A DNA stretch of 55,499 nucleotides, counting the filler, from Dimargaris cristalligena (lineage: Eukaryota): assembly GCA_003614675.1 (NCBI GenBank). It is 4 parts of 4 records of this genome, joined end to end, with 100 filler letters (N's around TTAATTAATTAA, not from the genome) between each part and the next. Parts side by side here need not be neighbours in the genome. Positions count along the whole stretch, not along the records: positions 1 to 13,832 come from ML002976.1; 3 more parts are not named here. One strand, given 5' to 3'. Within the stretch, counting starts at the first letter, position 1. The number at the start of each line of letters is the position of its first letter. Positions 1 through 11,388 of this stretch are shown piece by piece. Both the position numbers and the translations under genes were made by a program. The notes beneath the pieces are model-generated. The model saw only the letters and a list, made by a program, of their open reading frames with translations, was not told the DNA's origin and did not search any database.

Positions 1-474
1 CCCGAATTTTATCAATAAAGCCATATTTGAAAGAAATGGCTGGGGATGTCGTTGTTGGCTATTGACTGGTTCATATCAGTTGCTAATCAGGTCGAGCCGA
101 TTCGCTCGGGGCAGGAAAGACATGTCTAAAAACTAAGTTCGTATATTCACGCGGACCACTGTACCTACAGTTGGCTATCGCACAATCCTATTGTGACGTC
201 GACCGAGTTCGATGCCACCGCACACCAAGTATGCGCTAATACACACCTATATATATCTATTCTTAATAGCGCCACCACCATCACTAACTACATAGGCCGT
301 CGACTAATATAAATCCATTTTTCGTTAGTAGTTATTACTATTACTTTTCGGAATACGGTTTGGGAGGTTAATCGCGGGGGTTTTATGATAGATTGTGATG
401 AATATAGTGTAAAAAAACGAAATATAAATTGGAAGAGCAATGCTTAGTAGGAAAGCGATTTATGATCTATAGTT

Positions 475-1148
475 TCAAGAAGATGATTCAGCTGAGCCGG
501 ACGAGGCCGCTTCCTTATTTTCAGAGACAGGGGAGATCTTTGCTGATTCTACTGGGATATTGCGCCAGGGAGCGGGCTTAGGCGGCATGAGGCCGGCCTA
601 ACAAATTATGGATGAGTTTTTCACGGATTTTTAAAAAATGGCATCGAACCAAAGTGTGAAAATATACTGGGTTAGAAACAAATCCTAATAGGCTATTGGA
701 TCACAGTCACATCCTTAAAAAAGAGCGATAGTAGGAAAGCGGGCAACCTCAGTGGTCTTTCTTGAAATTGACCGGCTTTACGAATAACCCAATCCGCACC
801 ACATTTGCCCAAGTATGAAACTAATGGACCAGCCGAGTACCAGGCTGCTAAAATCGTGACCAATTGCTCTCCATATATATATATATATATATATTATGTT
901 ATCATACGTACCTTTTCCAGCAGTTTACGCGCAGAATCGCTAGGCTGTGCTCCGACGGACAACCAATATTGGGCGCGTTCCAAATTCAATTCCACCTGTT
1001 TGGTGCCGGTAGGATCAGGCAGTGGGGAGAATTTGCCGAGGTATTCCAACGGTTTGCTGTTACGGCGAGTGCGACAATTGGCCGCGACGATATGGAACAA
1101 GGGCTTACGCTTTGAACCATGCATAGTGAAACGGATCCGGACCACCAT
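475..1148 (-). CDS. MRPS16: Mitochondrial small-subunit ribosomal protein bS16m (S16 family); exons 1148-912 and 597-475, ~119 aa
   Basis: MVVRIRF..G.KRKPLFHIVAAN.R..R...PLEYLG.FSP and YWLSVGAQPSD are S16 signatures. A GTACGT donor follows LLEK (911) and a TAG acceptor lies at 598. Exon 2 reads AGLMPPKPAPW...SSS* in frame. Confidence 0.93.
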
Positions 1149-2998
1149 GGTGTTTATTGCGCGGGCGGTAAGCGGGGGAAGAGGGCCAAGATCGAAAGGT
1201 AAGAATAAAGAGGATGGGGAAGAAAAAGAATGGGTTGCTGTAGAGTATAGTTAAAGGAGAACGGCTCGGATTCACGGGTTATAGAGCTGCATAGACGGAT
1301 GGCATTAAACTAGGTTACTAGGAGGTGCAAAACACTTTCACCCCAATGAAGAGGGGATTCCGTCTGATCGTAGAAGGGGCGATCTGGCCCCTCGTCCCAT
1401 TCCAACCAGCTCTTCATACACACGTATATGGACCGAACTAATCTAACCTAGCCCGTTTACCCATAGTGTAGAAATAATATTTCGATTAGTCCCATAATGG
1501 GGCAAATTCATTAACACCCCTCCTCTTTTGCTATGGGCAGTATTGAATTTATCTTTCCCTTATCCGTCATTTATTCGTCATGGGCCTAACGGTTCATTAC
1601 ATACCGAAAACTTGGCCGTGCAGCATTAATAGCAATTGACAAATACCATGATACAATCCTTAAAACATTAATAGCCAAAAGTAGTCGTTATCTATTGTAA
1701 AAAACAATACGCAATAATATTGAGGATTAAATGATACCATCAACACAGGGGTCTCATCTTGATAAGGGCTTAGATCAGGCTGTAATATACATATATGTGT
1801 GGGGGTAGTCTACTTTACCAGTTACGGTAAGAATGAGGGTAGTACGCAACACTAATGAAGCCCTGGGGGGGATTCAAAAACCATGACTTTGGCCGAGTCC
1901 CTCGAGTGGGTCCCGCGACCATTATGTACGAAACACAGTTGGGTCGTTGACCATTCCACATGACGTCGGTAGACCAAAATATTTTCTCCAGCGTAATCGA
2001 TGTGGCAATGGTGACCTCGTATTTACAACCATTCTACTACGGGAAGGGTCGGTTAGCACACCTTCGATATAGTCAAAGTGATCCTATGGTAGATTAGCAT
2101 ATTCGGAAAATGAAATATAAAGTACTTCCAGGGAATTCCGCCAGCTGGCATATGTGTAGAATGCAAGGGAGGGGCGGGGTATTATTGAATGATTCGTATC
2201 CGTCAGGGGATTAAAACTATGGCGATCGATGGATACTGCCCCCCCTCCCCCTTTACCATACTTTTAATTCGGCCAGTAGAAAGGCAATGTCACTTGAAGG
2301 GCTGTTGTAAGTTAGAGTTATTGATAGCTAAAGTGGTTTTATGCCAAACCACCTCTGCAGCGATACTGAAAGGCGTATCGGAAAATCTAGGGAAAGGAGA
2401 ATGGGAATGAAAGAGTGATTCACAATATAATATCGGAGGAATCCGGATGCCCTCGTATGTACCTCTCAATGTACTTCCCCCCATCCATACACATTGCGTG
2501 ACAAAAAAATAAAGGAAAACTATGGTTGGCCAGAATGTCCGGATAATTGATGGATCACTAATGAATAAACTGGAATGGAAAGAGGGAACACCACGATTGA
2601 GAAATGTGGTAGGGAAGGGGTGGCCACAGTTAATAGTAGAGTAACCGGTTGGCTTCCAGAAAAGGAATTAATTTAGTAGAGGAGGAGGAGGGGATGTTGG
2701 CCCAGGACCGAATGATATTAGACCGCAAAGACGGCACATTCGCAGCATCAGCCGTCATCGTGACCGTTTGAGTTCCCGCGGCCAGCATCGGTGTCGCAGG
2801 AATGCCCCATAATGATTTATAGCACCGTGCCCCCAAACTATGCACTTCACCCGGTCATATGTTCCCGCCCTTCCCACCATGTGCCTAAGGGGTGGGAGGG
2901 CCCTGTGAATTATCGGTGGGCCTATCACAGCAACGAATGATTGGTATTATACGGTCACGAATGGTTCCAAATCTGAAATTAGAGAACTTGGGTTTGAT

Positions 2999-3138
2999 AT
3001 GGCAGAAGTTCATCCAGGCTGTATAACGAATAATACATTTGATGAGGTAAATATTACTGGTCAAAAGTTATTCTCCCACATATTATCCCATACATATATT
3101 GTGTAAAATCTTATACAGTTGGGTTGAAGTTCACCCAT
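2999..3138. mobile_element. 140-bp palindromic MITE-like repeat, copy 1
   Basis: Imperfect terminal inverted arms ATGG(C/G)..GAA.TTCA...CTGTATAA. Its reverse complement aligns without gaps to 12953-13092 (100/140 identical by hand count). TA occurs at both ends (2998-2999, 3138-3139) around a TGG...CCA core, a possible TA target duplication. Confidence 0.7.
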
Positions 3139-5026
3139 ATGGTTAGCAGGCATTGTCCCTCTCAGCTTACTTTACATACCTTGTACACACATTCAACCAC
3201 TGGGCAGAGCCGGGGACTCTTCCCTCGGCAACAACATCCCCAGACTTGTTGTATCTGTACAAACCACTCTATGGGGCGATACGACCACGATATCCCTTCA
3301 TTTTCCCAAATCTTACAGATGGGTGACGGCTGAGAACCACTCGTCACCGCCTCTTATGAATAACACCATACCGTATAGCTATGGCTTGATGGAACATTCC
3401 ATCATAGGGGATTCCATGGATTATGTAGGCCCCGCGCCACTTTATGGCCTTGAATCAAGGAGGTGAGGGGTGCCGAATTCGATGGTGGACGACTCCCCCC
3501 ACTCTCCCTGTAAATCCCTGGCCTCGGAGCGCTCTAGATAATAATACTGAGCTACCGGGGGGGGGAGTACGGCTTGTACGTGGGGGGGGGTACATGGATA
3601 TAATATTAACTAGATAATACTTACCCCTCTTCTCCTATTATTACGGTATTTTGAGAGCAACCAATGCCCTCTCTTTTCTACCGACCAATATACACTTTTA
3701 CGCCTGTGATATTTTGCTCAACTGAGTAAAAAGAGTTTAGCTTGTTTAAAGAGCGCAGCCTGTCTTGGAAGGGGAGTTCCATAGCGAAATAATAGGTGAC
3801 AATCGAATCGATAAGAATAATGGTTTTGTAAAGGGAGATGGATCGGCTGATACTCCTCGTATTACAGTGGTGTTGAGAGGGGAGTTTGGGCTTGGAGCCA
3901 GCCAACTCGATGGGCCAATGGACACGGTGGATGGCTACCTAGTGGTCGCACCAGGCCGGATGATTGGCGTTGCCATGGAGAACGGCCGCTCCACTATTCC
4001 AGGCTATGGGGTGTGCGTGTGTATACAACATACCCACGGGCTTATTGCCCCACATCATATATATTTACTCCACATTATTATTCCTCAACGGTTATGCAGC
4101 CACTTCCAGGGTGTTGGTGAGATTGCTGGCAGTCGAACTGTGGAAGTTGCTTGGCAAGTTTGAGGGTAACAATTAATCAGGCAAATGGCGCGAGTAGAAA
4201 AAAAAACGGGGTTCCGGTAGGGAGGGAGGGAGAGAGAGAGAAAGAAAGCGCATATATCTCACTAGCCCACTATTGAATTCCTTAATACGCAACATAGATC
4301 CTGCAAGGGCAACTCGACAACTCCAACAGCGCATATATACCCCTCGACCGCATATACTGACCATCCATTCCTTCGTATCTTTCCTTCCCCCGCAATATAT
4401 AAAGACACCGCCGATTCCTTTGTTCGGTTACTCCTCTCCTCTATGCACACAGGGGCTTCTTGGTTTAGCCATTCTGCCTTTCTTATTGCCCACAGCCTGA
4501 AGTTGATTCGTTCTTTGCAATAGCTGCTACGCCTTGCGACCCCGACTCCCCCCTTCCTCCTCCATTTCTTCGGCGGGTTCTCCCTGTTTCGTTTGGCCTC
4601 GTTGAGCACTAAAACACTTCTCCTCTACTGCCGCCCATTACCGCACCATTACATATTAATCATTGCGCCCTGGCTCCTTCTTGCTTTTGCTTCCTCTTCC
4701 ACTCGTTTCTTATAGAAATACCCCACCCCTTCCTTCCTCCTGGTCGGCTATTCATATTTCCTTCTTCTATTCCCGCTTTTTTAAAAAACTTATATAAACC
4801 GTACGTTTCTCTACGTGTCTGGTACTTCTATTTTACCGCGCCTGTCTCGGTCAACCAAACGCCTCTCATTCACAATACTATTACTGGTCTCATTCGCTAC
4901 TCCCCAAACTCTCATTGAAGCTATTAACTAGCCCTCTCCTCTGACTTCCCCAAAACCCGGACCAGTCCCTTTGCTTACCGACGCATTAACCACAGCATCC
5001 CTCCACGTTAGAATATCGCTAATACC

Positions 5027-7434
5027 ATGATAATGGACCTCTCTTTTGCCTGGACGGCTTTCCAGGTAAGCTTAACCCCTTCGGCATTCCCTCATTCCCT
5101 GCCCTGTCCAACTGAGCCCGTAAACCAATGAGAGGTGTGGCCCCACCATGGCCTAGTTGGCCCATCCCCATGCGACTTGGCAAGGCCTAGCCGTGGTAGG
5201 GTGGGTTCTAAAGAGAACACCGCCCCACACTCTTTAGTCAGACATATACTACCACATTATATATATATATATATAATCGCGGCTATAGTCTAGCTCGGCC
5301 TAGCTGGTGGTAGTCTGAACCTCTCCCTGTTCACTCCAACCGACCGAAACCCGTGTGAATACCCACCCAGTTGACTAACATTAGGATGTCCTGTTCTTAT
5401 CATTCACCTCCCATAGGCTATACTTCAAGTATTCGCCATCTCGCTTTGCGGGTTCGTGTTCACCAAAAAAGGTTACATCTCCAAGACAGTACAAAAGGTA
5501 AGCTTCAGGCTAGGCTAATGGATGGCTTGCTATGCATCGGTCGAAGGCAGCTTTGCATTACGCGGATGGCCCCGTATTTTGTATAACAGGGTGATCATGG
5601 CTCCCTTTACCCCCATCATCACGGCCCACTTCCCACCCTAATACACTCAGGTAGGGGAGTGGCGTTTTGGTCCCATTAATTTGCCCACCGAACCTTTAAT
5701 TAGTTAGTCCTTGCATCTTCATACCAAGCCATTACTTCCCCAGTGAGGAGCGCGCTGATCGGCCTATTACTAGCTTAACTAACCCGCTTTTGGCTACTCC
5801 GCGCCTATGAACTTTGTCCCCTCCGCCTTTAATTATACAAATAGGGTCTGTCGGTTCTTAATATGAACTACTTTACGCCCTGTCTGCTCTTCTCCAGTAT
5901 GGTCGAAACCGTAACCCCCGAGGTGATTGTGGAGTTATGGCCAATGGTGGTCTTCTACTTTGTCTTCTCGGCCCTGGCTATCCTGATTTGCATCTTGGGT
6001 TGCCGGGTCTTTCGCATCAGCCCGTATATGCACCGGTTTGCCATAATTGCCCTGCTGTTTAGCAACACCAACAGCTTACCCATTTCTCTTCTCAAGGGTA
6101 TCATGCAGAGTCACGGCGCCTCGATCCTTTTCCAAGGACCCGACGATACCCCCCTTAAGGCCTCGGGTCGGGCTGTGTCGTACGCTGTCATTTTCGTGGT
6201 GTTCAACAATATCTTCCGCTGGACCGTGGGGGTGCGCCTACTGGCCCCCTACGCCGAGCAAAAGGAGCACCTAACCGCCCACTCCCATAAACTTGCCGCA
6301 CATAATCGGCTTATCCAATGTCCATCCAATGCTAGCCTTCCCCTAGACAGCGACACATCCACCGCCACCTCCCCGGTTATCTCGACCTACGGCTCGACCG
6401 AATCGTTAGACTCGACCACGGCGGGCCTACCCGATAGCCAAAGGGAATCCCTTGAAATTACCATTAGCCCAAGTACCGCGGAGAGTCGTCAACTCCTAAC
6501 CCGGCCCCAGTCTAATCATAGTATCCATATGGCCGACGGACCCGGTCTTCTTGAGTCCGGTCGGCAGCTCTCTCGTACCCGCTCTGCCGCATCCTCACCC
6601 TCCGTATTTACCTCGGGCTGGTTCCAGGAGCGTCGCCATAGCCTCGTCCGTGGCCTCAAATCAGTGGGTCGAACCTGCGCCGGCTGCCTCAATGCCCCCG
6701 TTTACGCCATCATTGCGGCCATCATTGTTCAGTTTATCCCTTGGGTCAACGATTTGGTTATGGAGCCCAGCTCGGTCTTCATGCCCATTGTCAAGGCTAT
6801 TGATATCAGTGGAGATGCCTCCATCCCCGTCATGTTGCTGTCACTCGGTGCCCAGTTGGCTTGCGTTGACTTAGGTCCTTCCCGCCTATTGTCCCGCGGT
6901 AACTCCAATACTACCGTAGCACCGTCCTCGTCTTCGTCATCCTTGGACAGCTCCACCCAGGCGCCCATGCTGACCCTGGAAGACGCCGATGCCACTGCTG
7001 GCCCTTCGAGCCCCGCCAACGGGCCCGTTCTCCTGGCTGTCCCAAATGCCCCGGAATTGATCGGCTTGGGCATTGTCCAGTCGCATCAGTTTCAGTCCCA
7101 GCCGAGCTCCAACTCGCCCGGTCTCCTGTCCGATGGCTCTAAGATCACCATGTTGGTGATGTTGGGTCGCTTCCTTCTCATTCCCCTGATCGTGGTACCT
7201 CTACTGCTGTTCCTGCGCCCCTATATTCCAGTCGCCAATGATGATCCCGTCTTTATGATCACCCTATTCGTCCTCTGCTGTATGCCCCCCGCGGTGAACC
7301 TCATTACAGTGGCTCAGGCCATGGGTGTGTTTGAAGATGAATCGGCCAAGCTCTTGTTTTACGTTTACGTGTCAGCCATTCCCATTCTGGTTGTCCTAGT
7401 TACCATTTTCCTTACCGTCCTGTCAGTTACATAG
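5027..7434 (+). CDS. Auxin efflux carrier / PIN-LIKES (Mem_trans family) membrane transporter; exons 5027-5065, 5417-5497, 5845-7434, ~569 aa
   Basis: Spliced N-terminus MIMDLSFAWTAFQ/AILQVFAISLCGFVFTKKGYISKTVQK/GLSVLNMNYFTPCLLFS, with GTAAGC donors and TAG acceptors in frame. Family motifs FxNTNSLP, IPVMLLSLGAQL, RFLLIP and DPVF...PPAVNL are present. Two hydrophobic halves are separated by a Ser-rich loop. Confidence 0.88.
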
Positions 7435-8739
7435 GCTGCAGTCATAATGTTGTCTTCCTCCTATATACACCTACCTGCATTTTCGTCTTATATATATATA
7501 TAATATATCTCCTCTATATCATGGCTTCTCAATCATACTTTATGGTTGGGATGATTCTGTTTAGATTACGGTTGGCCTACTATAGACTCCGGCTGACACT
7601 CTCACCCATCTTGCCTTTTATTATTATTACTACTATTTTCGCAGCGCCTCTTCCTACCGAGCATTTTGTGTTGCTCTGATTATATATATATATATATATA
7701 ACCATATTTTATTTATATGTCCTTGACTATAGCTCCGCTTACCAGTTTCATTTTGCCCCAATTGAGGGATTCGTGTCTTTTCTCTCAGATCTTTTATTTC
7801 TCCACACATACCACCCAGATTGTCCGACGGAGAGTGGATGATATCCGTGCCCCTGTATCCAGTAATATGTACCCTGTGTATTAATAAACCAGTTCGTTTG
7901 CGTCCGTCATAAACCTAACGAATAACAAGGATAGTTTAATAGTGTTTAAGGGGCGGGTGCAGTATCAATGGTGAGAGTGGCTTTACCAATATTGTCCAGG
8001 TTAAAGTCTATTACCTAGAGAAGTTAGGTATTATGAGGGACAGTATGCCCAGTAGAGAGTAGTCTAGTGGGAAATATTGCGCTGCAAGAGGAGTGTGGGT
8101 CACACGGATGTGCAGGATCAGCTGGACCATGCACCAAAGTTAATTGACTGGGTGGGTGTAGTAACCCCGTGGATAAAATCACGTGATATAACTAAAATTT
8201 TTGGTAACTTCGAGAAAGGGGTGTGGTGCATTCAGAGTAATGGTGGAGATAGTAAAGAGGTCAAGATAGTTCTTTATTGCTCAGGTTTTTCCCAATTATG
8301 GCGCTCACCCCTTCCTCAGAAGCGCCAGGGGCATAAATAGGGCGGTGGCCAAGGGCTAAACAGGACTCTCACTTATTCCACCCTATCCCGTTGTATTCTT
8401 CCTCTTCCTTTGTCTGTAACACCTCCTGTACCACTCCCCCTTCCCCCCCGCCTCTCTGTACTTCTGTAATTAGCTCACCGTCATCCCCCCATCCCTATTG
8501 GTAAGTCGTGTGTTATTTATCCTCTCCCCCCTCCGTTCCCTTCTTTCCTTCTTTCTCTTAACTACCTTCGCTACTTCGATAACGTTTACTTACCCGATTA
8601 TCCATCCATCCATCCCTCACCCTCGCTTTCCTCCTGCCTACAGTTACCCTCGCGTCTTCGTCAACCCGACACCGTACATATCTACGCCTTTTTTTTTTAA
8701 TTCCGACACTCCCGTCACCCCCTTCACCTTTCGTCGTTC

Positions 8740-9777
8740 ATGTCCAACATTCAAAATTTTGAAACATATGACCCGTTTGCTGATATTGGCGAAGAGAACG
8801 TAACCAAGCAGCCCGATAATATTCGTACCCTCGAATTTTTGCCTTAACAGCCACACACAACCATTTGTATTTTTATTGTAGTTATACTTGATCATGTTTG
8901 GTCATCTGTAACTTCAGCTCTCGGATGGGAGTCCATCTCCCCCGGGTAGCCCATTCCCACCTCTCACTCTCTTTCGCTCATCAACTAATTCGCTATGGTT
9001 GGGGAGTGTCTGGACGAGAGCCTTTTGACCTGATCTCGCCTTGAGGGAATAACTTTCGACCCTTATTCCCCACTTTCACTATGGGCGAACTCTATATTTC
9101 TCCAGCGACGCACCGCACACGGGATATTCGTTCCAGGTGATGTCAAAATAACTTTCCATAAGCAGGTTGAAGACCGACCCGTTTTGGGTTGGTCTCTGCG
9201 ATGCGTACCATTTTTTCCTCCTTCGGGAGAGAAGTCATAGTTACACTGATGGTCCGAATTTCTGAGTGGTGCAGCGCTGTGTGAGGCATAGTTTGTATCC
9301 CTGTAGTTGTGAAGGAGACGGACTAGTTAGAGAGGGTTTTTTTAAACCTCATGCTACCTACCCTGTTAATATAGATAGGGCCACCCTATTATCGTCGCCT
9401 TTCCTCATGTATCCCTTAACTCTTGTGCACCCGAACTATCTGTCCATCTATGTATATATTATTGTATAATCCCGCTCGTCGTTATCACTTCGTGTCCCCC
9501 TTCGTTCCGCGCTTGCCTTTCCACTACAGATATCCGCATTCAACAACGCAATGGCCGCAAAACTATAACCACCATCCAGGGGCTGAACAAAGAGCTCGAC
9601 ATGAAGAAGCTGCTCAAGGCGTTCAAGAAGATCTTCGCTTGCAACGGCAGTATCATCAAGGACGAGGAGCATGGTGAAATCATCCAGCTCCAGGGCGACC
9701 AGCGTAACGGCTCCGCCGAATTCCTGGTCTCCGAAGGCATCACCAAGAAGGAACTCGTGAAGATTCACGGTTTCTAA
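8740..9777 (+). CDS. SUI1: Translation initiation factor eIF1 (SUI1); exons 8740-8824 and 9530-9777, 110 aa
   Basis: Spliced translation MSNIQNFETYDPFADIGEE...NI-H-IRIQQRNGRKTITTIQGL...KKIFACNGSII...IIQLQGDQR...KIHGF* is canonical eIF1. A phase-1 intron (GTACCC...CAG, 8825-9529) splits it, so the ORF track missed it. Confidence 0.97.
9133..9252 (+). ncRNA. Intronic box C/D snoRNA, SNORD46 (U46)/snR63-like, predicted to guide 2'-O-methylation of LSU rRNA helix 69 (yeast Am2256 equivalent)
   Basis: C box GTGATGT (9137-9143) and D box CTGA (9246-9249). Terminal stem CCA/TGG extends to ATTCG..CCA/TGG..CGAAT. Guide AGTCATAGTTAC (9233-9244) is the exact complement of the conserved LSU rRNA sequence GUAACUAUGACU. 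Internal hairpins are GACCGACCC-GTTTT-GGGTTGGTC and CTCC-TTCG-GGAG. Confidence 0.85.
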
Positions 9778-11388
9778 AGAAGAAACACTACACCCCTACT
9801 TTTTTTCTTAATATTGGAATTTATTTCAATGTCGGGTTAGGTATGAATCATTCCATACTATCATAATCCGTTGACGGGGTTTTTGTTTGGGCCGCGGTGG
9901 TTTTATTACATCCCAATTCCGCTGGCCGTTTGTGTCCTTCACTTGGAATCTTCTATAGTTGTGTTGAATTTAGCCCCCTTATATATTTATGGTATATAGA
10001 CTAATTCTTAATACACAATAAATGTCTCCTCCAGAGTATTTCTTCAGTACTTATATAATTTTTTCTGTTGGATATAATGGGTGAGTGATGTTTACTAGAT
10101 AGTTGGAAATCGGTTCATTCCTTTCGTTACTTCCTTACTGTTTTAATTTGGTCCCTCCGGCTAGCTTTGCCTCATTTTCATGGTAAAAATTCGATCGTTC
10201 CTCTCTATTACATCCTATTTTTACCCCGTTTATCTAATTATCGCATTCGGCCACTGATCGTCTTTCCTATTTACTATCTCCTCGAGTGGTCGTCGCCCTC
10301 TAACGGCTAACCAATTTATTTTTTATGTACACACTTGGTCACATACTTCTCGGTACAACATGGTCTACTTTGGACGACTGGGCAATAGTTATCATTATTC
10401 ATAATTTCGTTAATTTTATGGTGGATTCTTTGAAAGCTAAAGGCTTGCTAATTTACTAAAATAGACTTGGAATCTCTAATCTGCAGATCATCAATAGCCT
10501 TCCACTTCGTTTTCTGGCGCGCATTACACACACAGTTTCGATACATCAGAAGGCTTCGATATAGCTTCATGCGGGGAGCGGTCCAATGGACTTCAGCTAC
10601 TTCCCCCCCCTTCCCTTCGGATACTTTGATTCGAGTGAATTCTTAACCATTTTTAAATCTACTATAAGTGTTCATCAAGAAGGATACTTAAGTGATAGTC
10701 CGATTATTATCGGCCTCGAAGGAGACAACCAAAGGGTGTGCTCGTGAAGGGACGCAATACATAATATATTGTTAGGGCGTCCCCAATATGACCTCGGAAA
10801 TACTGTATCGAACTGTATTAATCAAGAGAAACGGGCGATGATATGTATATATCTTTATATTTATGTATGGATAGATGGCGCTTGAGTTAAGCCATCTAAG
10901 CACAATTAAGTAATACCGAGCTGGCTAGCCATTTTCTTCCAAAAACCAACTAACAACTAAACCAAAAAAATAATACTTAAAAACGATAACGGTAACAGGC
11001 CAGCCAAAGTCATGGAAGTAAAGCAGATAAGAATTCCGCAAGTGGCAAGTGGATTCAGCCCAGTGGTCTTAGCTAGGCCCATTGATGAATCGATTACCCA
11101 GCTATACCTGCAACCTCGAGCGAGCTAGAGATAAATAAATATAAATGAGTGCACTAGAAAAGCAATAGGGTGTTGAAATAGAAAATAAAAAAAAAATGGG
11201 CTGATGCGAACAGGATGGGTGAGTGCTATGCTATTAGCGCCTTAACCAAGCTGCTACCACTTCAAAACAGACATCGGCGAAGACAGGTAACACTACTACT
11301 CATCAATATACTATACCAGTCTGATGCTATCCAAATCACCTATAATTTATTGAGAAGCAACAGCCCAAATGGCGACAATGGATATGGG

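Noticed and set aside
180-660. GTTCGATGCC motifs (near 207 on +, near 645 on -) resembling a tRNA T-loop or B-box
   Set aside because: No T-stem, D-arm or acceptor stem can be formed; not tRNA.
445-741. 13-mer TAGTAGGAAAGCG repeated in the MRPS16 3'UTR (445-457) and intron (729-741)
   Set aside because: A single 13-nt local match is within chance expectation for a 55-kb window; no other support.
9000-9070. CCTTTTGACCTGATC...GAGGGAA in the eIF1 intron resembling a TPP riboswitch 3' half
   Set aside because: Lacks CUGAGA, the UAAU loop and the GCG element, and the host gene is unrelated to thiamine.
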